NCBI RefSeq assembly: GCF_000315625.1
Contig: NW_005434612.1
Span: forward strand, 205,038 to 269,037
Direction of reading: 5' to 3'
Origin: Guillardia theta CCMP2712
Lineage: Eukaryota > Protista > Cryptophyta
Length of the DNA: 64,000 nucleotides
Of this stretch, positions 22,736-38,093 are shown piece by piece. The position numbers and the translations under genes are program-made. The first letter of the stretch is position 1. Each line of letters begins with the position of its first letter. The notes below the pieces were generated by a model. It searched no databases. It was not told the origin of the DNA and saw only the letters and a program-made list of their open reading frames with translations.

Positions 22736-25122
22736 ATGGCGTGGGCTCACGGTAGGAGCGCCGGGGCCTTCGCCTTGTCTCTGTTACTCATGGGCGGCGC
22801 CATGGTGGTTCTTCCCATGCTGCTGCAAGTCAAGAGCAAGGAGGGGACGAGAGATGAGCTGCTCGTGCTCAGTGGAAACCCTGCATGGCTTGCCCGCACG
22901 CGCACATCGGTACGTGCATCGCGATCGAGTGAACCCCTTCCCGCTGAGCGTGCACACGGTGACAGGTGGAAGACAAGTTTGCAGATCTTGAGGGCAGGAT
23001 ATTGAGCGAGTGAGATGATCGATGGCATTGTATCCTGACAGCGCTGTGACTACTGTTCGCAGCTCCTCCAAGCAGAACGATCTCCAGTTGGACTCAGATG
23101 CTTGGAGAGACAACCTGAAGAAATCTGTGAGCTGCTACATAGAGGTGCAAGATGATAAACTCAAAATTTCCGTCAACAGGACAAGGAGATGCTGGAGGAT
23201 GTCGAGTCTCTGGAGAAAAAGAGGAGGTTGCCTTCGTTAAATGTCCTCGTGAGCGAGTGCTAATAGACGTGCGCATCAGGAAAGTCGCCGAGCTCGTGGC
23301 ACAAGTGAAGAGGCTGATGCACACACCCGGCCCACCTGGTCAAGATCCTTGCGGAGGAGATCGACAGAGTCTAATGCTCTTGCTTCTTCAGGCCCTCCAG
23401 GCCTTGCAGGCCCAATGGGTCCTCCTGGACTTGATGGCCCCACTGGACCTCCTGGGCAGGTTTGCTTGTCGTCTGTGGCAGATGGAAGTTTCTTGACCTT
23501 GAGAGCTACAGGCGGGACCTCAAGGTTTTCCTGGACGAGAAGTAATGGCCTGTCTACACGTTCACTTGTCTCCCCCCCCCCCCCCCCGCCCTTACAACAC
23601 CTAGCCGTTTGCCTGGGCTATGCTGATATTCCCTCTAGGGGCCTGCTGGTCCTATGGGCGTGCAGGGAGTGCCCGGAAGGTCCGGAGTCAATGGAGCTCC
23701 CGGTCAGTTGCCTGGAGGGATGGGTAGAGTGAGGAAGGGAGGGTTGGAACGAGGGGAGGGGGGCTGGGGGTCCGAAGACAGGAGAAAAGAAACGGAGGAA
23801 AGCAGGGGGCTTCGAGGCAGGCAGGGAGGAAGTGAGACATGCTTCAGGTCCTCGAGGACCCAACGGAAGGTCTGGCCTCAGGGGCCCCGTGGGACCTCGG
23901 GGAGCGATTGGTGCGATTGGCCTGAGGGGCGAGAGAGGGGCGCGAGGCTTGCCTGGCCCTGCGGGAATGAAGGGCACGGACGTGGTTGGGCCCAGGTAGG
24001 GAAGAGGGGAAAAGTCGATGAATGTGCTGGAGAGTGACACGGTTGTCATCAGGGGACCTCCGGGACCCACTGGCCCTCCTGGAAGGTGGGTCGTGTGTTG
24101 CCATAGGCTGCAGCATCTGACGTTCCTGCAGGCAAGGGCCGATGGGCCTTGTGGGTCTCCGTGGCCGACGAGGAGTTCGTGGTCATATCGGACTTCCAGG
24201 ACCAGCAGGTGAGAACACAGCAATGCCACGTCCTTGCCTCTTTCCCCCCTTCGTATCCCTCTCACCTCTTTCTCTGCTTCCATTGTAGTTCCTGGCACTT
24301 GATAATGCTTCTGATTTGCTCTTTTCTCTTCCATTCTAGTCTCCCTTGCCGTCTTTACATCTCCTTACCCATCAGCCCACACTCATTTCCCCTCAAACGT
24401 GCTTCGACACCCTATCGTCTCTAATTTCTTGCTCCAGGTGTTCCGGGTCAAAAAGGAATGCCAGGCTTCATGGGGAGAGAGGGACCGGAGGGTGTACCTG
24501 GCCTCGCGGGCCCGTCCGGCAGGGATGGACAAGAAGGATCTCCTGGTGCCCCTGGCGAGGCAGGCCTGCCTGGTACCTCCGCATGCTCTCCGCCTTGTCA
24601 CCGGCGCATTGACATGTCTGCCTTCCAGGAGCCCAGGGACCTCCGGGTGTCGCTGGTATACCGGGAACTGGAGGGCCGATGGGAGCCACCGCTGGGAACG
24701 GCCCTGCTGGTGTGCAAGGGACGGCAGGGACTGGAGGAGCTGCAGGGTCGGAAGGTCCCGGCGGTGCCGCCGGAGCGAACGGATCGCCGGGGGCCTCAGG
24801 ACAGCATGGAGCTACCGGTTGATATTCCGTTGAAACCGCCATCAGGCTGCTGACCCTGACGCGCAGGAACTCCCGGCGCGAACGGCGCACCAGGAACTCC
24901 AGGTGAGGATGCTTGCTGTCTGTAACTTGTGCGGGAGGTGGACATGTGGTAGCTGCTAAGATGCGGTTGTTGTCTGTGTTGTGGAGAATTGTAAGCGTAC
25001 GAGCGGAGGTTCTGAGAGCGATGGATGCAGGTGCTTCTGGAGCGAACGCCGACACTGCCTCGCACCTTCCACATCCACCCTGGAGGGACGGAGGAGAATC
25101 TGAGGCGAAGAAAAGGCGATGA
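22736..25122 (+). CDS. Type II membrane-anchored collagen-like protein (TM - coiled coil - ~88 Gly-X-Y triplets)
   Basis: About 14 small exons splice into a Gly-X-Y frame ([33 protein letters not shown]...) with two short interruptions. N-terminal hydrophobic helix [20 protein letters not shown]. Confidence 0.85.
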
Positions 25123-25360
25123 GGGGGGAGTGAAAGTGTCCGGCGGGAATGAAATGCCAGTGCGGCAATAGACTAGCAACTGCGACTGCAACGTTTTTTA
25201 TGTGAAGTACAACTTGTGTAACATCGATTCTCTTGCACGATGGTGACAAGTCATGCAAGCAAGAGAGGCAGGATGATCCCAAGGAGACGGTGACTGAAAA
25301 ATGCATCGCAGGCAACATCACCAAGCTCGCTATGGCTTCAGCCCGACCCTTCCCAGCTTC

Positions 25361-26685
25361 TTACATCTTGCTTCTCTTTCCAGCTGAGATGATAGAGATG
25401 CAAGCTGCATGATTGGGGTAGCCGCCGGCTTCAGGTGGAGCCTTGAGGGCAAACTTAGGTGAGTGAAGCTGCGCAACTTCGAGCGCGGTCTTTCCGTGCT
25501 TGTTCCTCAACATCAAGTCGGTCCCTGCATCTACCAGCACTTGACACACCTGTCACATGCGTCAAATACACGATCCGCCAAGCAGGAGACTCTTACGTCT
25601 GCATGGCCGAACTTCGCGGCATCGTGGAGAGCAGTGTCACCGAAGATGTCCTGGACGTTGGGGTCGATCTTGCAGTCGTTGACCAGGAACGAGATGAAGG
25701 GTTTGGGGTGGCCCCAGAATGCAGCCTTGTGGAGAGCGGTTCTTCCTGACGTCGGTTCTACAGCTTTCACATCTGCCAGCCCACCCTTTGCAAGCTCCTT
25801 GCATGGAAGAATGGCTCCGTGCATTGCATACTCTCTGAACTCCATGCTCGCCTTCGCACGCCCTGAGACCTTCTCGTCTTGGTTGAAGGGGTTGCATCGA
25901 GGAGGGCAGCCAAGGCTAATCAGCTTCGCATATGCCTTGGCGAACTCCTCGAAGAATAGCTTCTCGTCCTTGGCAAACTGGACGGTGTACTTCTTGAAGG
26001 AAGGATCCTGAATGAGAGCCAGGTCTGTCGGAAGCATACCCAGAGTCCCAGTCTCCACGTCAGTGTACATTTTCTTCCCTGCCCAGTCCTTCAGCTTCCA
26101 GGTCTTCTCAACAAGGTGCTTGTAGTAGTCGTTGTTGAACTTGAGCGGCGTGTGCGTCCATGGCCCGTCGTACCCGCTCCTGATCTCGTGCATTCTGCCA
26201 AGAGTGTGGCCGCCAGACAAGGCGACAATCTCCTTGTCGTCGAAGCCCATCCTGTTGAAGACTTGACGAAGGTGGTCAGCTCCTTGAGATGCGTCAGGAA
26301 GGCGACCATTGGGTGGGACTCGCACAGGCTTCTCATCGTCTCTCCTCCCGAACTTGAACGGGATCTTGGGTCCTCCAAGGAATTCGATGGCGGCGCAGCC
26401 GGCAAACGCCCAGAGGTCAGCCTGGGATATCTCGGGATGGTTCTCCTTGATAGGAAGGAGGAGGTCTCTGATGATGGACAGGCCCTTGTTCGCCTCGTCG
26501 TAGACTTGTGGCTCAAACCTCATGGTACCCCCATCGCTCCCCCCACTGCCATCCCTTTTGTCGTACGTCCCAGCGGCATGCCAGGCAATCCTCATAGCGA
26601 TTGGGCAGGCATTCACCTTCTGATTGATCAGCGCCTGACGGATCTCGCTCTTGAGCGCATCATCGTTCACAACTGTCCCCTCCAT
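25361..26685 (-). CDS. Class I haem peroxidase (APX/CcP family) fused to C-terminal ankyrin repeats, ending in PTS1-like SKM
   Basis: Distal RIAWHAAGTYD, proximal ALSGGHTLGRMH, GPWT and MLPTD. Ankyrin units GRTALHKAAFWGH, GDTALHDAAKFGH, GKTALEVA. A 47-nt intron (25596-25550) leads to a last exon ending GKRSKM*. Confidence 0.92.
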
Positions 26686-27517
26686 GTTGGTTTTGTCTTG
26701 TCCTGCACCTGCCAAGAAGTTCTAACAGCCGAGTTTGTCCTGTTGGGAAACTGTCCACCAAGATGCTCTCTGCTTGCAGATGACCGTAAAGCTGCAGGAT
26801 CTTTCTCTTGTGTGTACGTTGAAGAGCTTACAGTCGTGTTCTCCTTCTAACTTACCCCACACGTGCTGACATCGTTGCCTCTCCTCTCCTACGATGCAGC
26901 AAGGGCGCAAGGTTGTGGCTCCAGCAAGGACCCCCTCCTAGACAATCCCGTCCGATAGATGAAGTACCCCTACTTATGCTAAGGAAGAAGTCAGCCAGAG
27001 GTCAATACCCTTACCTCTATGTAATGGAGACGCACTCGAGAAATCGAGGATCCTGTAGTGCACTGTGAGACCAATGCTTGGTACTCATCACGTTGTGAGG
27101 GGTAGTGTCACTACCCCCACCCCCAGACGTGATTTACGACCATGAGCAAATGAGGATCATAACCTTTTGAAGGTAAGTAACTTTGAAAGTTTTCGTGTGA
27201 AACTCGAGCGGAAAGTTTGGGAGTTAAACTTGAAATGTTCCGCCAGCTGCCGCTGCATGCTCATGCGGGGGGGAGGGAGGGCGGCTGTGCAGCAGGAGCA
27301 GGAGCATGATCAGGAGCAGGAGCAGGATCAGGGGAAGGAGCAGGAGCAGGAGTGTTGTAGAAAGAACATGAGGAGCAGACCTACGAAGTTCTGGTGATGA
27401 AGGCGGGAAAGGAAGAGGGGGTGAAAGAGAGGGGTTCGAGGATGATGATGAGAGTGAGGGGATGGTGCATTCAGTTTGAGGCTGTTCGGATGGTGATATG
27501 AACTTGAGCTGGTCAGG

Positions 27518-29060
27518 ATGCCGCAATCCGAGCATCACCACCACCCAAGGGCCAAACTGAAGGTCTGGATCAGAGGACTACCTCCAGCGATGACAGAAGA
27601 AGAGTTCAAGGAGGTATGCATGTACTTGCTCCCGGATGTGCTGGCTGAACGTCCCCTTTCAAGCTTCTTGAGAGCATAACTCCTCCCAACAACAAGAGCA
27701 TCGATTGGCAAAGGCTCGTGCCTGCCAACAAGCGGGTATGCGAACATTGATGATGCCATGATGGCTTCTTGGAATGGTGAGAGGAGTACCTCTAGGTGCC
27801 GACCACCACAGCCTATCTTCACTTCTCAAACGAAGAAGCGTTGTTCGGCCTATTTTCAAAGCTGGATGGCCACAAATTCATCGATGCGAAGGGGAGGGAG
27901 TACCGGGCCTTGATTGAGTATGCGCCATATCAGAAGATCCCCAGGAAGAAAGTCATCGACAAGAGAGAGGGAACGATCGAAAAGGATGCTGACTTTATAG
28001 CCTTCCAAGAGAAGCTCGAGAGCGAACTTAACATGAAGGTTTCCATTTGGCACCACTAGCTTCAGACCTCATCTCCGGGTGTTGACAGGTGGAGTCAGCT
28101 GAGGCATGGCTGGAGCGCAGGGAGCAGGAGGCACAGGCTGCAAAGGTATCATCCCCCTCCCTTCCTCTCGCCCCCAACCATCGTCCTGTGCTGGTTCGTG
28201 TGGAGGGCCCTGACAGGATCGTCTCAAGGCTCTGCTGTCTGCGGAAGGAGAGAACGGGGTTGTAGTCCACGAGGTTGTGCACACTCCTCTGCTCGACTAC
28301 CTCCGAGAGAAGAAAGAAAGAGACCAGCGGTGAGTGTCTAGCGTGACTGCGCCGTGACTGGATCGGCCGATGACAGCCTTGCAGCGATCGCTCCAAGAAG
28401 CGAGACGAGGAGCGCAGGAGGAAGGCAGACGAGGAGCGGCAACGGAGGATGGGGCGATCGTCTGACAGGAAGCGACGGGGTGAGGTTGAGTCCTGCTGCC
28501 CTGCCCGCTCACGCTGCTCCTGCAGGCCATCAAGGGCAAGGTCCTGCTCCTGGAGTCCGGCAAGGAGGACAAGGTACTGACTTCTCTTCCCCTGTTGAGT
28601 GTTTTGCCCGTCCGATCGCTTTGCTGGGCGACTGATCTGCGTTGCACAGAGCCGTCAGACCTGGTGCAAGGGCAGCCTGTGGCGGCTGGAAAGTCCAGGA
28701 GCGGCCAGACTCCCCGGCAATCTCACCCGTCCGAAGGGCAAGGAGAAGCAGCTGCTCCAAACAGCGCGAGACCCGTCAAGGTTCCCGGGGAAGGAGGCAA
28801 GCCGAAGGGAGGGCAGGAGGGAGGCCCGCCACGTGGACGAGGACGAGGAAAGTCGGCAAATGCGCAAGGAAACCCAGGCAACCAGGCAGAAGGAGGAGGT
28901 GAGTGATCAGAAGCAGCATCTGAGGTGGCTGAAGTGCTGCACAGGACGAGGCCGTGGAGGGCACGCGGCGAGGGGGGCAGGAGGAAGACCGCAGGGTGTG
29001 TATCGGCCGCGGTCTATGAGGGGAGAAAAAGGAGAGGGTGGGCATGCAGGGCAAGGATAA
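27518..29060 (+). CDS. UPF3: Nonsense-mediated decay factor UPF3 (Smg4/UPF3 family)
   Basis: LKVWIRGLPPAMTEEEF; AYLHF...LDGHKFIDAKGREYRALIEYAPYQKIP...DKREGTIEKDADFIAFQEKL. C-terminal RPQGVYRPRSMR resembles the EJC-binding motif. Upstream exons are possible. Confidence 0.9.
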
Positions 29061-29190
29061 GTTGATAGCTTGTTGGTTATGAATAGTTGTGAGTAAGGCA
29101 ATAACGGACGATTGAAGGAGGAAGAGGTTAGGAAACAATCTGCACGTGCAGGAGAGAGAGAGTCCAGCTGGAGTCTGCAAGCAGGCGTCT

Positions 29191-30400
29191 TCAAGCATGG
29201 ATGAGGCGGTTCAAGTATCGAAGGGTGACAGCTCCTCCTCCAAAGGGCACACGAAGTTCAGTCACACTGCTCGTGGCGCGTCAAGAAAGCAGAGGAGGAG
29301 GGAGGGGAGGGCAAGACCTGACGTTGTCCGTATGAAGGTTGAAGCATTCAAGCAGCTCCTCGTTGAGATTTCCTCTCTGCCAGTCTCGTCAGACACATTG
29401 AGCAGGAAGACGGGGAGGAGAGGGGAAGAGAACGAGGGGCAAGAGGAAAGGGGGGAGGGGGAGCAGGGGGAAAGTGGAAAGGGGGGAGAAGAGGGGGGCA
29501 ACTACGAGTATGAACAAGGCCTTGATGAGATGGTCGATGAAATCCGCGTGCATCACGATGAGCATGACCTGCTGACCTCTCAGCTGCACCAGCGCGTGAG
29601 GATGAACGACAAACAGACGGACCGGATCCCGAGAAGCAGCCTCCTCCTTGAGCTGGAGGGAGAGCACCCAGTCGGCTGCCCGACGGGCCCTCTTAGGCAC
29701 CTCGCTCTCCTCCTCCCTCCCTGCTCGCCTGTCCCACTCTCCCTCGGGGAGAAGAGACGTGTCGTAGCCGAACTGCTCCTCGATCTCCTGCTTGGTTAGC
29801 GCCTTGCCGGGCCCGCAAACTCCTGCCACCGCCCTGCCGTAGATCCCTCCGCTCTCATGGAAGTCCGGGTGAACGAGGCAGCTGCCCCCAAACTTGTCGA
29901 CCAGCGGCTTCGCTGTCTGCAAGGCTCTCTTCATAGGGCTGCAGAGGAGGGAAACTCGCTCTCCTTCAAGCTCGGGGTAGAGCCTGGACGCTAGCATCTC
30001 GGCCTCTACCTCCCCTCGCTGCGAGAGGGGAGGATCATCCGATCGCTCGCTGAACCATCGCTCCCTCCCTTCCTCCCTGGCATCGAACAAGTCAGAGGAG
30101 GGAGGGGGTGATGTATGCTGAGACGTACAGAGAGATCGAGTCAGACTTGCGCTTCCCCTCAAGCTCCTGCCAATCAAAGACAAGTCAGCAAGAGGACGTG
30201 CCGGTACAGCCAGGGGATACCTCCATAAGGACGTTGTTCGTGGACTGTCCATGGCGGACGAGGATGAGCCGGAGGGCGGGGGTGATGGGGGAGGAAGAGG
30301 AGGAGGAGAGTCGGAGAGCCCTGGGAACGCCTGGCTCTGCGTAGGACGAGGCGCTCGCCATGGATGCGAACGCGAGCAGGGGGTATAAAGGTGCCGCCAT
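29191..30400 (-). CDS. Histidine phosphatase (phosphoglycerate-mutase-like) with N-terminal signal/targeting peptide
   Basis: LILVRHGQS, DPPLSQRG, CSPMKRALQTA, LIVMHAD, C-terminal LRYLNRLIHA*. Confidence 0.88.
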
Positions 30401-30513
30401 CGGCAATTTAGCTCGGAATTTGGTTATTTTAGTTAAAACTCAGCTAAATATAATAGATTTGGATTGAAATTAGACTGAATGCGGGTAATGTAAGTGGAAA
30501 GACGTTAAAATTA

Positions 30514-33553
<3,040 letters not shown>

Positions 33554-33569
33554 ACTTGGCAACTTTGAA

Positions 33570-33850
33570 CTCAGCGCCGCACAGCCCGACTCATTTCAGA
33601 GGGCACTGGGGCACTTCAGAACCCGCCGGTGTGCCTGACCGGCCGGCCCGGGGCGGCCACCTGATCGCCGGACTCAGATCGGACTCGATCGGATCATCCG
33701 CGCCGGGTTGACTCAGTGAGGCTAGTCGAAGCCGGAGGCCCGACGGCCGCCAGGCCGCCCGCCGCGGGCTCTGCGGCACTCAGCACAGTGCTGAGGGTTC
33801 CCGGCTGTAAGAATAGGGGTACTTTCATAGGCAAAGGTAGGGGTGGTATT
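33570..33850. other. Intergenic CCGG/palindrome island followed by GGGGTA motifs
   Basis: Multiple CCGG and GACTC; palindrome CTCAGCAC-A-GTGCTGAG at 33779-33795; AGGGGTAC and GGTAGGGGTGG. Confidence 0.6.
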
Positions 33851-33985
33851 CCACAATGGTAGGAGTTGAAGGTATGAGCGGGGAAGCGGGCCTTTGCTTT
33901 CCCGCTCTTTCCCGCCACTCGCCGAGCCAAATGGCAGCTGAAGGGGAAGGGAAAGAAGCGGGAAGAGAACAGCAGTCGCAGATAA

Positions 33986-36900
33986 ATGCAGAGCAGAGGC
34001 AGTGGAATGAGCACCAAAGATGAGATCATGGAGGAGAGACGAGAAGAGACGAAGCCAGAGTCAGGGGTAGAGTCAGTCAGAGGATGTAAGGGCCATGCTC
34101 GGGGCAGGTATGAAATAGCTGTCACTGCACAAAGGAGGGTGGAAATGTCCATAGCAAGATGAAGGATAGGCTGCAGTTGGGTGATCACCAACTAGACGCA
34201 TGATATGAAAAGATGTCAGGGAGATAGAAGGGACCAGCGCTTACCCAGAAAGAATCGATGCATTCCTTACAACCAACAACTCAAAACTTCCTTGAAACTC
34301 CCCTCCTAGATGCTCCACTGATGAGAAGCAAGAGACATTCGAAATGAGCTTCCACAGAGATCAAACGCGCATCAAAAGCTTCTACTGTGCAACTATTGTG
34401 TGGTGTAGGATTGCTTGAATGTGATTCTGACTCATGTGTACAGTCGATTGGCGGGCATGTCTGCCACCGATACGTGTCCATCGCCTGCAAAGGAAACATC
34501 AGAGCCCTTGGAGACTGTCGAAGATTGCATCATCATTGAAGAGGCTGCTGACCAATCCAACGGAGTGGGAAAGCCGGAGAAGAAGAAGAGGGAGAGGGCA
34601 TCTGAAAAGCCTGCCTCCAAACCGTTACAAAATCGAAGCATCTCGGCGTTCTTGGTACCTTCTTCTTCGATCTTCAAATGAACAGGACTGAGTCAGTCCT
34701 TGTAGATCAAAAACAAGAAGCAGAAGACAGAAGAAGATGCCGCAAAGGCTGAACCTGAGAAGGTGGAGAGCATGGAAATCGATCCTTCTACAACTCCGCA
34801 GCAAGAAGAAAAGGATACTCCTGCCGAAGGTGGGTTGCACGTAGACACCATCGATCGAAGTTGATGTGTTCGCAGATCAACACATCTCTGAAGAAGATGT
34901 CTCTGAAGTTGTGGTGACAGAGGAAGTGGTCGAGAGCACGGGAGACAAGGATTCAGCTCGAAGGTTTCCCTCAGCGTACTTCCGAGTTTCATACCATGAT
35001 TCTGTTTCACAGGTCTGAGGCAGAAGACAAGTTGGTCGCCGAAGTTTCGGCTGAAGAGCAGAAGAAGGAAGCTGAAACCAGCGCCAAGGATGATGCCGCA
35101 GAGGAGGGAGAATCTTTGTTGAATGAACCCCAGGAGAAGAAGTCAGAGCCGGTCAAAAAACCTACCAAGACCAGCAAACCTGTGCAGAAATTGTCTGATG
35201 CAGACAAGGCCAAGAGAATTCTGCAATTGAATGATGAGCTCAACACTTTGAAATCGGACAAGATCTTCGTAGATTCTGCCCCCTTCTTTCGACCAAGTGA
35301 TGCTGAACTACAAAGTGTACTGGAAGATTTGCAAACGGTAACGCGATTGCCTGTTTCTTTTGTATTTGTTTGAAATTTTATCGTGCAGATGATGGATGAC
35401 GAAAACAAGAGCCTTCCAATGAAGACGAGACAGATCCTGGCTAGATTCGTCGAAGGCAACACGAAAACTTGCCAGTCACTTTGCGAGAATCTGTTGGAGA
35501 AGATTACATCTCAAGCTGGAGATATCAATCTAAATGATTTGCAACCAAAGTTGGAAAGTTGGTTGCAGATAGTTGCAGAGATGCAGTGCAACGACAATCT
35601 GAAGAGCTTATACGATGAATGCCAGACTGCTAACGTAAAGGGAAACTTGCATATCTTGTGGAAAGTCAAAGATCTTGCTGATATTCCAGATAAATTTCGT
35701 ACAATTGTAGAGCAATATCGTAAGATGGAGCTCGCTGTAATTTTCTTTGCACAAAGTTTCCACCTTTCTAATGCAGTATTGTAGGTTTCTGAAAGAATGG
35801 TGCACATTCAAAACATGCTTTCGACCGATGATAACAAGACGTTCGCCAAGCTGGACAAAACCTTGCTGGCTATGAAAGACAAGTTTTTGAAACTTGAGGA
35901 AAAGGAGAAGAAAGATCGAGAAAAACTTGAAAGCAAAATTGAGACTGAAAGTAATAATTTGTTGGAGATTGTAATAGTTCTGATGTTGGCATTTTCAGGA
36001 AAGAAATTGGAAGAGAAAGAAGACAAGCAGAGGAAGCGGGATGAAGAGATCCGGGCCAGAGAAGAGGAGAAGCAGCGCAAAAAGGAGGATATTCGTGCCA
36101 AAGAAGAGGAGAAACAACGTAAGAAAGAGGAGGAGCTTGCAAAGACGAAGGAGAAAAAGGAGCCCAAGAAGGTTGAAAAGCCTGACGAAAAAGAAAAGAA
36201 AGTCAAACAGGTTTGTTCTGTTTTGGAAGATTTTGTTCACTGCTAACGTTGCTTGCTTCGACAGACCGTTGATAAACCGAAAGATACAGCAACAGTCAAG
36301 CAAGCTACTTTCATGGCAAGCTTCTTCAAGAAGTCAGGCGATTCTCCCACCAAATCCACGGTAGATGAGAAGGCCAGTGCTTCCAAAACAGATTGTGTCA
36401 AAGCGGCGAACGATAGCGCTTTCAAGGAACTTTCGTCCAAGACTTCGTCCGTTTTCCGTCCATGGGAAGCACCTAAAAATGCGGTAGTGGCAAGCTTTCC
36501 GTTCGGGCCTGTCCAGAATTCCAAATCAACACGGGCGGCTCCAGCTGATAGCGATCTGCAAAGCTGGTTAGACTTGCTGAGATCAGAGCCGATCCGTGAA
36601 CGACCTCAACGAGCTTTGAGAGAGGATGGAAAGATTCACCCCAAGATGAAACTGATTCAGCTAAACATGAAACTTCCAATCGTGAAAACTCAGCTTGTAG
36701 ATGTTGATGTAGATGCTGCTCAAAAGGTAATTTCCTGAGTAGTGGAAGGGCAAGGAATAACTCTATTTAAGGTGATGTGGGATATTGAAGAGGAAGGGCA
36801 GGAGGCAAAGATTGAAGCGATCATGAACGAAGCAGAGCCGACGAGCGATGGTCTTTACAAATACAGGGGACGAATCTTGCAGTTTCTCACTGAAGGAGGC

Positions 36901-37977
36901 GGTTGGTTTGACTGCAGAAGACCACCCTACTACGGTACTGTATCCCGAGCTAGCATGGCGATCAACGGGAGAAGGCCATTGCAGCAGGACCCCGAGCTTG
37001 ACTACTCGTATGTTTTCGTACACGTTTTGAGTACTTTTGTTGACACGGAGCTGTGCAGGTATGAAAGCGATGCAGACTGGGAAAGTGAAGTGGGAGAGGG
37101 TGAAGACCTTGGGTCCGATCTTGACGGCGAGGATGAGGAAGAGGAATACGAGGAAGAGGATGGCGGCTTCGTTGTGCCAGATGGATACATGTCAGATGAC
37201 GGCATGGAAAACGGAGTTTGCAAGAAGAAACTGCAACAGATCTTACACTATCAGTCACTACCGGTTGAGCTTACTGAGATGCTTTCTGTCAAGATCCTTG
37301 ACAACCTTCCGCTCTGTCTATCGAGCGATCCGAACATACATCTTGATCCAGACACCGACTACTACGGAGACGACATCGGCCATGCTCGTGCTGCGAGCCT
37401 TGAGGCGGCAATTCAGATCCTCTACAATCATCCGACGGCTGTCGCCTTCACTTACCTGCTGCCTGACAGCGAGCACAAGCTTGCAGGTACAGTATTCCTC
37501 AAGGGCCAGAAGGCTCTGGAACAAAAGCAAGAGTTTTCTGGGATGGTGTCTGGCTGCTTGAAGAGAATATCCGACGCGAAGAAGCAGGCAATCTGGAAGG
37601 AGCTCTTCGCGTCTAAGAGTGAGGCTGCAGCTATGGCAACCACAGCCAGCAAGCCAAATCAAAACTCAGGCAACAAGGGAGGTGCGAGCGCGCAGATGAA
37701 GATCGAGGATAAGCATCTACTGGCGATCGTGAAAATTCTACATGGATCGACAAAATCCAAGAGCGACCTCGTGCAGGCGTTCATTGCCGCCTGCCCCGAG
37801 CTGAGCAAGTCCAAGGCCGAGCGGATCATTAGCAGCGTTGCAAGCAAGAAGGTGGAGCTGGGGGCAAGCAGGTGGGTTCTGCTCGATGATACAATCAAGC
37901 GAAGTCCCTTCATCCCCGAGATCGCCAAGGAGGCATGGAAGAACAACACAAGGAAGAACGCCGCAGCCGTGTCGTGA
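33986..37977 (+). CDS. CHAF1A: Chromatin assembly factor 1 large subunit (p150/FAS1/Cac1)
   Basis: K/E/R-rich helix; PIP-like boxes QNRSISAFL and QATFMASFF; RRPPYYGT...RRPLQQDPELDY-YESDADWE...GEDL...EDGGFVVPDGYMSDD; C-terminal winged-helix-like region. Confidence 0.88.
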
Positions 37978-38093
37978 GAGGCAGCGACAGATGACAGATC
38001 AGCTCTCCTCGTCAAGAGGCCGAGCAGGAACCTTGAACTTGCTTCTTTACTCTTTGATGTAGAACTTTTTTTCCTCTTACAATCTTTTATTTA

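Noticed and set aside
23300-25050. Animal-type 54-bp collagen exon periodicity
   Set aside because: Measured exons (e.g. 68, 30 and 64 nt) and mixed phases do not follow it.
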